Shown here: one piece after another, positions 53,333 through 61,598 of the stretch
Layout of the letters: every line of letters starts with the position of its first letter
Position numbering within the stretch: the first letter of the stretch is position 1
Source: an uncultured Chloroflexia bacterium
Lineage (GTDB): Bacteria > Chloroflexota > Dehalococcoidia > DSTF01 > JALHUB01
Reading direction: 5' to 3'
Assembly: GCA_963703345.1 (NCBI GenBank)
Contig: OY969814.1
Location: forward strand, 256,001 to 320,000
DNA: 64,000 nucleotides
Program-made: the position numbers and the translations under genes
The notes under the pieces: model-generated
What the model was told of the DNA's origin: nothing
Database searches by the model: none
Seen by the model: only the letters and a program-made list of their open reading frames with translations

Positions 53333-54490
53333 ATGTATGATCATGACGTGGGTGATTTGAGTTCCTCCGCGCCCTCGTCAGACGGCCGGAAAGCGCTGGC
53401 TGCCCGCGTCGGTGGGACACGGACAGTCCTTCTCTGGGCCGTAGCCGTACTGTACCTCTCCGTCCTGTTTGTCCTCGACGTCTTGACGCCGCGAGGGTTC
53501 GAGATCGAGGAGCTATACCTACCACTCATCTTTGCGATAGCGCTTTTCGGCAGACCTCGCCAGGCGCTAATTGTGGCGCTGGCGGCTTCCGTGCTTGCCG
53601 TCGTCGGCTACTTCTTCTCGCCGGCGGGCATCGCCATGGGTTGGGCCGTGGGAAACCTGATGCTAGGCCTCCTGACGATCTGGGTCACGGCGTCGCTGGT
53701 GCTGTTCACGAGGAACTTATGGGCAGCGAACGCCGACTTGCAGACCGAGATCACGCAGCGCAAGCGGGCGGAGGAGGAGCTCACGAAGGCGCTTGAGGTC
53801 AAAGACGACTTCCTGGGGATGGTGTCGCACGAGATGCGAACGCCGCTGACGAACGTAATGGCCAGTGCCGCGCTGCTCGATAACCGCGAGCTGACTTTAG
53901 CCGAGGAGGAGAAGACGGAGGTCCTGACAGAGATGCGACTCAGCTCGGAACGGCTGGCGAAGACCATCGACAATATGCTGGCGTTGGCCCGGGTGCAGGC
54001 GGGTAGGAAGATGGAGGTCGAGTCCATCTCGCTGCAAGCGCTGGTCGACGAGCAGATGGCGCAGCACCTCAAGCGATACGAATCACGGAAGATCGGTGTT
54101 AGCCAGGATGGGGCGGTGCCCGAGGCGAAGGGGTCCGCCGACTACGTTCGGCACGTCATATCGAATTTCCTGGAGAACGCCGAGAAGTACTCGCCGCGAC
54201 AAGAGCCGATCCTTGTCGAGCTGCGGCGCGAGGGCGACGAGGTCGTCGTGCGCGTGCTGGACGGCGGTGTCGGCGTGACGGAGGAGGAGGCGGAGCACAT
54301 TTTCGAGCCGTTCTACCGGTCGCCGCGGGTGACGAGTGGCTCGTCGGGGATGGGCATCGGCCTGTCGGTCTGCAAGCGACTGGTGGAGGAGCAGGGCGGA
54401 CGGATCTGGGCGATTCCGCGGCCGGGCGGCGGCAGCGAGTTCGGATTCAGCCTTCCCGCGGCATCGGATGGCGGGGCGCCGCGCGGCTAG
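53333..54490 (+). CDS. Membrane sensor histidine kinase
   Basis: 4 TMs; VSHEMRTPL H-box, NFLENAEKY, D.GVG, FEPFYR, GMGIGL. Confidence 0.93.
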   Translation: MYDHDVGDLSSSAPSSDGRKALAARVGGTRTVLLWAVAVLYLSVLFVLDVLTPRGFEIEELYLPLIFAIALFGRPRQALIVALAASVLAVVGYFFSPAGIAMGWAVGNLMLGLLTIWVTASLVLFTRNLWAANADLQTEITQRKRAEEELTKALEVKDDFLGMVSHEMRTPLTNVMASAALLDNRELTLAEEEKTEVLTEMRLSSERLAKTIDNMLALARVQAGRKMEVESISLQALVDEQMAQHLKRYESRKIGVSQDGAVPEAKGSADYVRHVISNFLENAEKYSPRQEPILVELRREGDEVVVRVLDGGVGVTEEEAEHIFEPFYRSPRVTSGSSGMGIGLSVCKRLVEEQGGRIWAIPRPGGGSEFGFSLPAASDGGAPRG

Positions 54491-54571
54491 CGGAAGGCGT
54501 GCGCCGGCGGCGTGGCTCGTGGTGCATCGGTGGGACCCCCTGTTGTCGACGGCGAAAGCAGCCGTTAAGCC

Positions 54572-54820
54572 ATGTGGAACAACCACGAGGTGGACTTCAT
54601 GCAGTTGCGAGACGGCTTAACGGCAACCGCGAAGACAACGCACGAATTGCACCCTCGCACCGGCGAGCCCGCTGTCCTGGTGGTCGCGGGTGTCGATGAC
54701 GACCTTCGCCCGTTCTTACTCACGCTCCGGGACGACGAGATCATCGGGCTGTGCGCGGAGGCGGAGGTGGCGCTGGGGCACCAGGACACTTCGTGCGCTC
54801 CTCGTAAGCTGCGAGGGTAG
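54572..54820 (+). CDS. Hypothetical protein
   Basis: 82 aa ORF filling the gap between the kinase and dnaE2; no recognised motif. Confidence 0.45.
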   Translation: MWNNHEVDFMQLRDGLTATAKTTHELHPRTGEPAVLVVAGVDDDLRPFLLTLRDDEIIGLCAEAEVALGHQDTSCAPRKLRG

Positions 54821-54876
54821 GCGCGGTCTATCGTTCGCCGGCGCTTTCTTGAATGCGGTCCGCGTGTCTCCGGGGG

Positions 54877-57800
54877 CTAGCGGAAGTTGTGCGCGGGCGG
54901 CGTGACGAGCGACGCCTCGACGCGCAGGGGTGTGAACTTTTCGGCGACAACGTTCAGCGTCCCTTCCCGCTTCTGTAACTTCCCACGCACCAGCAGGAAC
55001 GGCTCCGTCCGGATGACGCTCCGCGACGCGGCGTAAAGCCCCGGCTTAACCACCACATTCGCCAGCCCGAACTCGTCCTCCAGCAGCAGGAAGACGAAGC
55101 CCTTCGCCGTCATGGGGTGCTGGCGGCAGACTACGAGCCCCGCCATATCCACAGTCGCGCCGTCTGCCAGCCTGTCGAGATGCTTGCTGGAAACGACGCC
55201 CTCGTGCAGGGCGCGTCGCACGAAGGCCAGCGGATGGTGGCCGGGCGAGAGGCCCAGGTTCTCATACTCGGCTGCCATGCGCTCCCAGGCCGTCATGTCG
55301 GCCAGCGACACCATGTCCTGCTCGATGGGCAGCGGCAGCGGCATCTGCCTGCCTGCCGGACCGTCGTGCGGGCGGATGACCAACCCCGCCTGCCACATCG
55401 GCGTACGACGATTGGCGACCAGCGCTTCGAAGGCGCCCACCGACGCCAGGTTCTCGACGGCGGTCTGCGGCAGTCGGCTGCGGTTCATAAGCTCCCACAC
55501 CGAGCCGTAGGGCCCGTTGCGCTGCCGCTCCTCTTCGACAGCCTGCGCCGCGCTCTCGCCGATGCCGCGCACGTAGGCGAGGCCCACTCGCACGGCGTCG
55601 CCCTCCGGCCCGTCTTCGACCGTGCAGCGGGCGCCGCTGAGATTGATGTCGGGGTTGAGCACGCCGACGCCGTGTCGTTTGGCGTCGTTGGTGAAGACGT
55701 GCGGCGCGTAGAAGCCCATGGGCTGGGCGTTGAAGAGGGCGCAGTAGAACTCCGCCGGATAGTACTTCTTCAGCCAGGCCGACTGGTAGGCGAGGACGGC
55801 GAAGGCGGCGGAGTGGCTCTTGGGGAAGCCGAACTCGGCGAAACCCAACAGCTTGTCGAAGACCGTCTGCGCCGTCTTCTCGTCGACGCCGCGGGCCAGC
55901 GCGCCTTCGCGGAACTGCTGCCAGAAGCCCTGCATCGCCTCCCGGGAGCGCTTGCGGCTGATGGCGCGTCGGAGGGCCTCCGCCTGGCCGGCGGTAAAGC
56001 CTGCCAGCGCCATCGCGACCTGCAGGACCTGGTCCTGGTAGATCACGACACCCAGCGTGTCTTTGAGGGCGTCCTCCAGCGACGGGTGATCGTAGGTGAC
56101 GGGCTCTTTGCCCTGCTTACGACGCACGAACGGGTTCACCGCCTTGCCGACGATGGGCCCCGGCCGGACGATGGCGACCTCCTGCGTCAGCTCTTCCAGG
56201 GAGCGCGGCTGCGTGCGCGGCAGGAGCTGTATCTGGGCGCGGCTCTCGATCTGGAAGACGCCGATGGTGTCGCCGGCGCAGATCATGTCGTAGACGGCGG
56301 GATCGGTGAAGTCGATGCGGCTGAGGTCGACGCAGCGACCGCGGCGGGCGGCGATGATGTCGATGCAATCCTCGACGAGCGAAAGCATTCCCAGCGCCAG
56401 GAAGTCGATCTTGATCATGCCAGCGTCGTCGACAGAGTCTTTGTCCCACTGGCAGACGTAGCGGCCGGGCATGCCGCCCCTTTCGATGGGCACGAGTTCG
56501 GCGACGGGCTTGGAGGAGATGATCATGCCGCCGACGTGCTGCGAGAGGTGACGCGGCATACCATCGATCTCCGCCGCCAGCGTCACGAGGTCGCGCCAGA
56601 GGAGAGCGCCGGCCTTGCGACTGAACTCCGGCAGCGAAGCCATTTCTTCCGGCAGATGGTGGGCGTGTCGCGCCTCGACGCGTTTCGCCAGCTTGTCGAG
56701 CTCCGCTTCCGGCAGGCCGAGCGCTTTGCCGACATCGCGGACGGCGGAGCGCATCTTGTAGCTGATGATCTCACCGACGAGGGGCGCGTGGTCAGGCCCG
56801 AACTGGTTATGGACGCGCAGGATGAGCGCCTCGCGGATGTCGCGGGCGAAGTCGAGGTCGATGTCCGGGACGGAGGTGCCTTCTTCGTTCAGGAAGCGGC
56901 CGAAGAAGAGGTTGTAGCGCAGCGGGTCGACGTGGGAGAGGCCGATGAGATAGCAGATGAGCGAGCTAACCGAGGAGCCGCGTCCGCGCCCCGGCGGCAG
57001 CCCGGCAAAACTTCGGGGCGAGGCGCCGCGCACCTTCGCCGCCTCCTCGCGCGCCATCTCCAGGAGCTGACGGTAGACAAGGAAGAAGCCGGAGAGGCCG
57101 CGCTTGCGCACCATGCCCAGCTCCTCGCGCAGGCGGGCGTCGACCTCCGGCGTGATGCGTCCGTAGCGCTCACGGGCGGCCTCGCGGCAGATGCGCTCCA
57201 GGTGGGAGTCGACCGTTTCGCCTTCGGGCACCGGGTAGTCGCCCGGACGGGCGCCCGTCGGGGCGGGGAAGGTGTAGCCGAGGTCGCGCGTGAGGTCGAA
57301 GGTGCAGCGCTCGGCGATACGGACGCTGTTGGCGAGGGCATCGGGCCATTCGGCGAAGAGCGCCGCCATCTCTTCGGGCGACTTGAGGTAGTACTCGGAG
57401 TTCTCGCGGCGCAACTGATGCGAGGCGTCGAGCGTCGTGCGGTGGCGGATGGCGACGAGCACGTCCTGGAGTCGATGGCGTTCGCGCAGGTGGTAGTGGA
57501 CGTTGTTGGCGGCGACGCAGCCGAGGCCGAGTCGCTTCGCCAGCGTCGTCAGCGCCCGGTTGCGCTCGCGGTCGCCGTAGACGAGGTTGTTCTGGAACTC
57601 GATCCAGAAGCTCTCCCGGCCGAAGGCATCGACGTAGCGCCGCGCCGCTGCTTCGGCCTCGCGCAGACGTCCGGCAGCAGCGAGCGACGGCACCTCTCCT
57701 CGCTTGCAGCCGGAGAGGGCGATGAGGCCTTCGCTGTGGCGGGCCAGCGTCTCGAAGTCCAACAACGGCTCGCCGCGCTTACCGGACGTGTGGGCGTGTG

Positions 57801-58197
57801 TGAGGAGGAGGCAGAGGTTGGCGTAGCCACGCTGCGACTCGCAGAGGAGGGTCAAATGATTGGTCGGCCACGTCGCACGTCCTTCCCTGGAAGGACTGCT
57901 CGCGGCCCCTTTTCTTTCTATTCTGAGGGGACACCCCTCAGACTCCCCGACAGGGGGCTCTGCCCCCTGTACCCCCGTTGCTCTGAGCGTGACTTCGGCG
58001 CCGGTGATGGGACGGACGCCGAACGCCTTCGCCGTCTGGGCGAACGCCATCGCGCCGTAGAGGCCGTCGTGGTCAGTGAGGGCGAGCGTGTCGTAGCCGA
58101 GCTCGCGGGCGCGGAGTGCCAGCTCCTCGGGAGTGGATGCGCCCTCGCGGAGGGAGTAGCAGGAGTGGCAGTGAAGTTCGACGTACGGCTCAGTCAT
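54877..58197 (-). CDS. dnaE2: Error-prone DNA polymerase III alpha (DnaE2/ImuC)
   Basis: YVELHCHS PHP domain, GRGSS, PDIDLDF, HLSQHVGG, QWDK, KIDFLALGML, FQIESRAQ, FPKSH, QPMGFY, C-terminal AHNFR (SRDFR-type tail). Confidence 0.96.
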   Translation of the reverse strand: MTEPYVELHCHSCYSLREGASTPEELALRARELGYDTLALTDHDGLYGAMAFAQTAKAFGVRPITGAEVTLRATGVQGAEPPVGESEGCPLRIERKGAASSPSREGRATWPTNHLTLLCESQRGYANLCLLLTHAHTSGKRGEPLLDFETLARHSEGLIALSGCKRGEVPSLAAAGRLREAEAAARRYVDAFGRESFWIEFQNNLVYGDRERNRALTTLAKRLGLGCVAANNVHYHLRERHRLQDVLVAIRHRTTLDASHQLRRENSEYYLKSPEEMAALFAEWPDALANSVRIAERCTFDLTRDLGYTFPAPTGARPGDYPVPEGETVDSHLERICREAARERYGRITPEVDARLREELGMVRKRGLSGFFLVYRQLLEMAREEAAKVRGASPRSFAGLPPGRGRGSSVSSLICYLIGLSHVDPLRYNLFFGRFLNEEGTSVPDIDLDFARDIREALILRVHNQFGPDHAPLVGEIISYKMRSAVRDVGKALGLPEAELDKLAKRVEARHAHHLPEEMASLPEFSRKAGALLWRDLVTLAAEIDGMPRHLSQHVGGMIISSKPVAELVPIERGGMPGRYVCQWDKDSVDDAGMIKIDFLALGMLSLVEDCIDIIAARRGRCVDLSRIDFTDPAVYDMICAGDTIGVFQIESRAQIQLLPRTQPRSLEELTQEVAIVRPGPIVGKAVNPFVRRKQGKEPVTYDHPSLEDALKDTLGVVIYQDQVLQVAMALAGFTAGQAEALRRAISRKRSREAMQGFWQQFREGALARGVDEKTAQTVFDKLLGFAEFGFPKSHSAAFAVLAYQSAWLKKYYPAEFYCALFNAQPMGFYAPHVFTNDAKRHGVGVLNPDINLSGARCTVEDGPEGDAVRVGLAYVRGIGESAAQAVEEERQRNGPYGSVWELMNRSRLPQTAVENLASVGAFEALVANRRTPMWQAGLVIRPHDGPAGRQMPLPLPIEQDMVSLADMTAWERMAAEYENLGLSPGHHPLAFVRRALHEGVVSSKHLDRLADGATVDMAGLVVCRQHPMTAKGFVFLLLEDEFGLANVVVKPGLYAASRSVIRTEPFLLVRGKLQKREGTLNVVAEKFTPLRVEASLVTPPAHNFR
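57863..57979 (-). repeat. Structured ~117 bp element, copy A (in-frame inside dnaE2)
   Basis: Shares GTCGGCCACGTCGCACG, GCTCGCGGCC, GGGGACACCCC and CAGGGGGCTCTGCCCCCTGTACCCCCGTT with 59780-59894. Confidence 0.9.
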
Positions 58198-58444
58198 AGT
58201 CCTGCTTGAACCAGCAGTGGCGGGCGAGGTCGTGATATACGACGAGCGGGCGGCCGTCCTCCAGCAGCAGGCGGTAGTACAGGCGCGAGACCTCCTCCCG
58301 CCACCACTCGTCGTCGATGCGCCAGACGTCCAGCACCTGCGATACCGTCAGCCGCCGGCCCAGGACGACGGCGACAGGCTCACCTGCCTCATCCGTCGCT
58401 ACCGCCAGCGGCCGCGGCTCCTTGAGCGGGCTCAGTCCCGTCAC
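58190..58444 (-). CDS. Small ImuB-C-terminal-like (DUF6504-like) protein
   Basis: GTG overlaps the imuB stop (GTGA) and its stop overlaps the dnaE2 start; WRIDDEWW...RLYY..L.DG....YHD.....W. Confidence 0.8.
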   Translation of the reverse strand: MTGLSPLKEPRPLAVATDEAGEPVAVVLGRRLTVSQVLDVWRIDDEWWREEVSRLYYRLLLEDGRPLVVYHDLARHCWFKQDYD

Positions 58445-59760
58445 GGTTCGTAGTCGATAAGGGCGTGACGCCTCTCCGGCAGTCGCGACCACGGCTCCAC
58501 CTCCACCACCCGCGATATGAGAGGCCGCCCCCAGCGCGCGCGTAGCTGGCGGGCCGTCTCGCCGAGCTGCCGCCGGAGCCCCGCTTTTTCCGCGAACAGC
58601 GTCGACTGGCGGCCGCGCTCCTCCGTTATCCCCGACAGCTCGATCGTCAACTCCTCCACCGGCGCCGGCAGGCAGACGCCCGTGGGAGCGGCGTTCGAGA
58701 GGACGCTTTTGACGATGAACAGCATTCGCTCCCAATCGGTGACGGCTTCATGGAAGGTGAGCGCCTTCTCCCAGCTCCGTCCGCCCCAGAGAGCGGCGCG
58801 CAGACGCAGGCGACGGGCGGCGCGACCGTGCAATCGCCAGTGCAGGCGCACGAGCAGGCGTCGGCAGGCGACGACCAACGCCTCGATGCTGACGGCGGCG
58901 GACGGGAAGCGCAGCGTCTCGCTCAGGAACTCTTCGGGATGTCTTGGGCGTAGCGGCTCGCGGTCGATGCCGCGGGCGAGCTCGTGGAGGCGCTTTCCTT
59001 CGCTGCCGAACTGGGCTTGCAGCGGCCCGGGCGCGAGCATCGCCAGGTCGCCGAGGGTGCGCAGGCCGTACAGGTCGAGGCGTCGCAACGTATCGGCCGA
59101 GGCGACGGAGGCGTTTAATTGACCAATTGAAATCAATTGTTTTTTCGCATTTTTCTGAACCTGGAAAGTGGTCGACTGAATCTGAGAAAAGGTGTCGAAA
59201 TGCGCCAAAAGGGCGACGTCCAGGGGGCACAGGAACTCGGCCTCTTTGCCCTCGGGGACGGTGCATACCTGGCCGGGCCGGCTGGTGACGGCGGCGGTCC
59301 AGGCGACGAATTTGCCTTCCGCTACGCCGACGGCGGTCAGGAGACCGGTTGTCTCACGCAGCGAGCGGACTATCCGCTCTCCCAGGTCCAGCTCGTCTTC
59401 ATAGTGAAGGGCCAGGCCGCCGGCGTTGAGGTAGGCGCGACCGAGAGCGCCGGGCTCGACTTCCGGGCTGAAGGTTTCGAGGACGGCGAGCAGGGAGTCG
59501 AAGACGTCGCTGTAGCGGGAGGGATGCGGCGGCAGGAAGACAGCGTCGCGGCAGAGGGCGAGCGCCGGCCGGAGCGGCATGCCGATGCGAACGCCCTGCG
59601 ATTCGGCTTCGGGCGAGCAGTCGAGGACGGCCTTTCGCTGATCGGGGGTCTCGCCGATTACGAGCGGGCGGCCGCGGAGGGAGGGATCGCGCTGTCGCTC
59701 GACGGCGGTGGGAAAGTGCGGGATGAGGATGCAGGCGATTCGCATGGCCATTTTATCCAA
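58441..59760 (-). CDS. imuB: Y-family polymerase-like ImuB
   Basis: RIACILIPHF, GVRIGMPL, FSPEVE, GVAEGKF.A, GLRTLGDL, QSTLF clamp motif; catalytic acidic residues not evident; upstream of dnaE2. Confidence 0.88.
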   Translation of the reverse strand: MDKMAMRIACILIPHFPTAVERQRDPSLRGRPLVIGETPDQRKAVLDCSPEAESQGVRIGMPLRPALALCRDAVFLPPHPSRYSDVFDSLLAVLETFSPEVEPGALGRAYLNAGGLALHYEDELDLGERIVRSLRETTGLLTAVGVAEGKFVAWTAAVTSRPGQVCTVPEGKEAEFLCPLDVALLAHFDTFSQIQSTTFQVQKNAKKQLISIGQLNASVASADTLRRLDLYGLRTLGDLAMLAPGPLQAQFGSEGKRLHELARGIDREPLRPRHPEEFLSETLRFPSAAVSIEALVVACRRLLVRLHWRLHGRAARRLRLRAALWGGRSWEKALTFHEAVTDWERMLFIVKSVLSNAAPTGVCLPAPVEELTIELSGITEERGRQSTLFAEKAGLRRQLGETARQLRARWGRPLISRVVEVEPWSRLPERRHALIDYEP

Positions 59761-59779
59761 CAGATAGATGTTCCAGTGC

Positions 59780-59894
59780 GTCGGCCACGTCGCACGCCCG
59801 CCGGGGGCGGGACGGCTCGCGGCCTCTTTTTTTGAATCTGGGGGGACACCCCCCAGGCCCTCCGTCAGGGGGCTCTGCCCCCTGTACCCCCGTT
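59780..59894 (-). repeat. Structured ~115 bp element, copy B (imuB 5' leader)
   Basis: Second copy of 57863-57979 with compensatory stem changes. Confidence 0.9.
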
Positions 59895-59930
59895 TATGGA
59901 ATTCCTTAGTGACTGTAAGATACAGAATGC

Positions 59931-59960
59931 ATAATAGAACACATGTGCTGGCTTTGTCAA
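59931..59960 (-). promoter_or_regulatory. imuB promoter with LexA (SOS) box
   Basis: TTGACA-18-TATTAT on minus strand; AGAACACATGTGCT (59936-59949) is one mismatch from AGAAC-N4-GTTCT. Confidence 0.75.
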
Positions 59961-60110
59961 GAGAGGTCGGGCAGAGACGTGCGACCCTACGGAAGGATAT
60001 CCGTCTTCTTCACGCATCCTTCATGGCCAGGCGGGCCCCTGCCATAGCAGTCGCACGGCTGCCACTTAGCATTTAGCTATCCGATCGCATATTTTCGAAA
60101 GGAGACGAAG

Positions 60111-60407
60111 ATGTACGGGACTGTAGCACGAATGCGCCTGATGCCCGGCAAGGAAGCAGAGCTATCGGGGTTTCTACGTGAGTTCGACGAGTTGAAGGTG
60201 CCAGGCGCCATCTCCGAGTACCTGTACCGCATGGACGACGACCCCAACGAGTACTACTTGGTCGTCGTCTTCTCCGACAAGGAGCGGTACACAGCGAACG
60301 CGGACAACCCGGAGCAGGACGCCCGCTACCAGAAGCTGCGGGCGCTGCTGGAGGCGGACCCGGAGTGGCATGACGGCGAGATCGTCCACCACGTGTCTTG
60401 GATGTAG
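60111..60407 (+). CDS. ABM-like dimeric alpha/beta barrel protein
   Basis: MYGTVARM...PG...Y.ANA..PEQDARY...PEWHDGEI; AGGAG RBS. Confidence 0.75.
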   Translation: MYGTVARMRLMPGKEAELSGFLREFDELKVPGAISEYLYRMDDDPNEYYLVVVFSDKERYTANADNPEQDARYQKLRALLEADPEWHDGEIVHHVSWM

Positions 60408-60535
60408 CGGCCTAGACGTCCTTCCTGGGCGCGACACGTCGTCCGCCGGTGGGCAAAGGCTTGCGCGCCACCAGGCCAGCGCCGATGATCTATCTGAGGC
60501 CGGCTCAAGTCACTGAGCGGCCCGGATAGAGACAC

Positions 60536-61540
60536 ATGAGCGCCTGGCGTCGACTCGAATTCGGAATCCTCCTCATGCTGCTGCTGCTGGCGAGCGGCGT
60601 GGCAGGCTACACTTCTATCGAGGGCTGGAACTTCCTCGACGCCCTCTACATGACGGTGATAACCATCACGACGGTCGGCTTCCAGGAAGTGCACCCGCTG
60701 AGCGGGGGCGGCCGCATTTTCACGATGGCGCTGGTCATTCTCGGCGCTGGCACAGCGCTGTATATATTGGTCGGCGTCGTCACGCTGGTGATCGAAGGCG
60801 AGTTGGGCGAGGCCTGGGGAGTACGAAGAATGAAAACGAAGATTCAAGCGTTGCGCAATCACTACATCCTCTGTGGTTTTGGCCGCGTGGGCGAAGAGAT
60901 TGGGCGCGAGTTCAAGGAGCGCGACATCCCGTTCGTGGTCGTCGAGTCTAACCCCGAATCCGTTGAACGCGCCAAGCAGCGCGACTTCTTGCTCATCGAG
61001 GGCGACGCGTCACTCGACGCTGTGCTCGTCGAGGCGGGAATTGAGCACGCCCGTGGCCTGCTCGCCGCCTCCGACTCCGATTCCGGAAATACCTACATCA
61101 CGCTCACCTCGAAGGCGTTGAACCCGCAGGTGCTGGTCGTGTCGCGCGCCGGTCATCCCGCGAACATAGAGCGGATGCGTCGCGCCGGCGCCGACCGCGT
61201 GATCTCTCCCTACCAGATCGGCGGACGACGAATGGCGCTTTCGGCGCTGCAGCCGCTTGTGCTGGACTTCCTCGACACGCTTACGGGCGGCCGGCCTGAT
61301 CAGCGGATAATCGCCGAGTTGATCGCGACGCCGGAGTCATGTCTATCGGGCTGCACCCTGGATGAGGCGGTCGCTGAGCGCGCCAACGCAGTCGTGCTCG
61401 CCGTGCAGAAGCCGGACGGGCAGATCGTCGTCGGGCCGTCCAACAAGACTGTCGTCGAGCGGGACGACCGGCTGATCGTGCTGGGAAGGGAAACCGACAT
61501 AGAATCGCTTGCCGAGCCGCCGGTGCGGCCCCAGCCCTGA
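60536..61540 (+). CDS. Potassium channel protein (2TM pore + RCK/TrkA-N + TrkA-C)
   Basis: ALYMTVITITTVGF, CGFGRVG, GDA, AGADRVISPY. Confidence 0.92.
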   Translation: MSAWRRLEFGILLMLLLLASGVAGYTSIEGWNFLDALYMTVITITTVGFQEVHPLSGGGRIFTMALVILGAGTALYILVGVVTLVIEGELGEAWGVRRMKTKIQALRNHYILCGFGRVGEEIGREFKERDIPFVVVESNPESVERAKQRDFLLIEGDASLDAVLVEAGIEHARGLLAASDSDSGNTYITLTSKALNPQVLVVSRAGHPANIERMRRAGADRVISPYQIGGRRMALSALQPLVLDFLDTLTGGRPDQRIIAELIATPESCLSGCTLDEAVAERANAVVLAVQKPDGQIVVGPSNKTVVERDDRLIVLGRETDIESLAEPPVRPQP

Positions 61541-61598
61541 AGCCGCCGTTTGCCCGTAGCCGCCGATAGCGAGAGGATGCGCATCGGAGGCAGCGTCG

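Noticed and set aside
57863-57979. Intein in dnaE2
   Set aside because: Only 39 aa, with no Cys/Ser-first or His-Asn-last splice motifs, and a nucleotide-level copy exists in non-coding DNA
55117-58209. 1030 aa plus-strand ORF and many other long antisense ORFs (436-1914, 9091-10548, 22890-24458, 24190-25845, 49889-51220)
   Set aside because: Shadows of real high-GC genes on the opposite strand; no motifs of their own
59762-59773. Second SOS box near the imuB start
   Set aside because: Only one half-site (GTTC) matches
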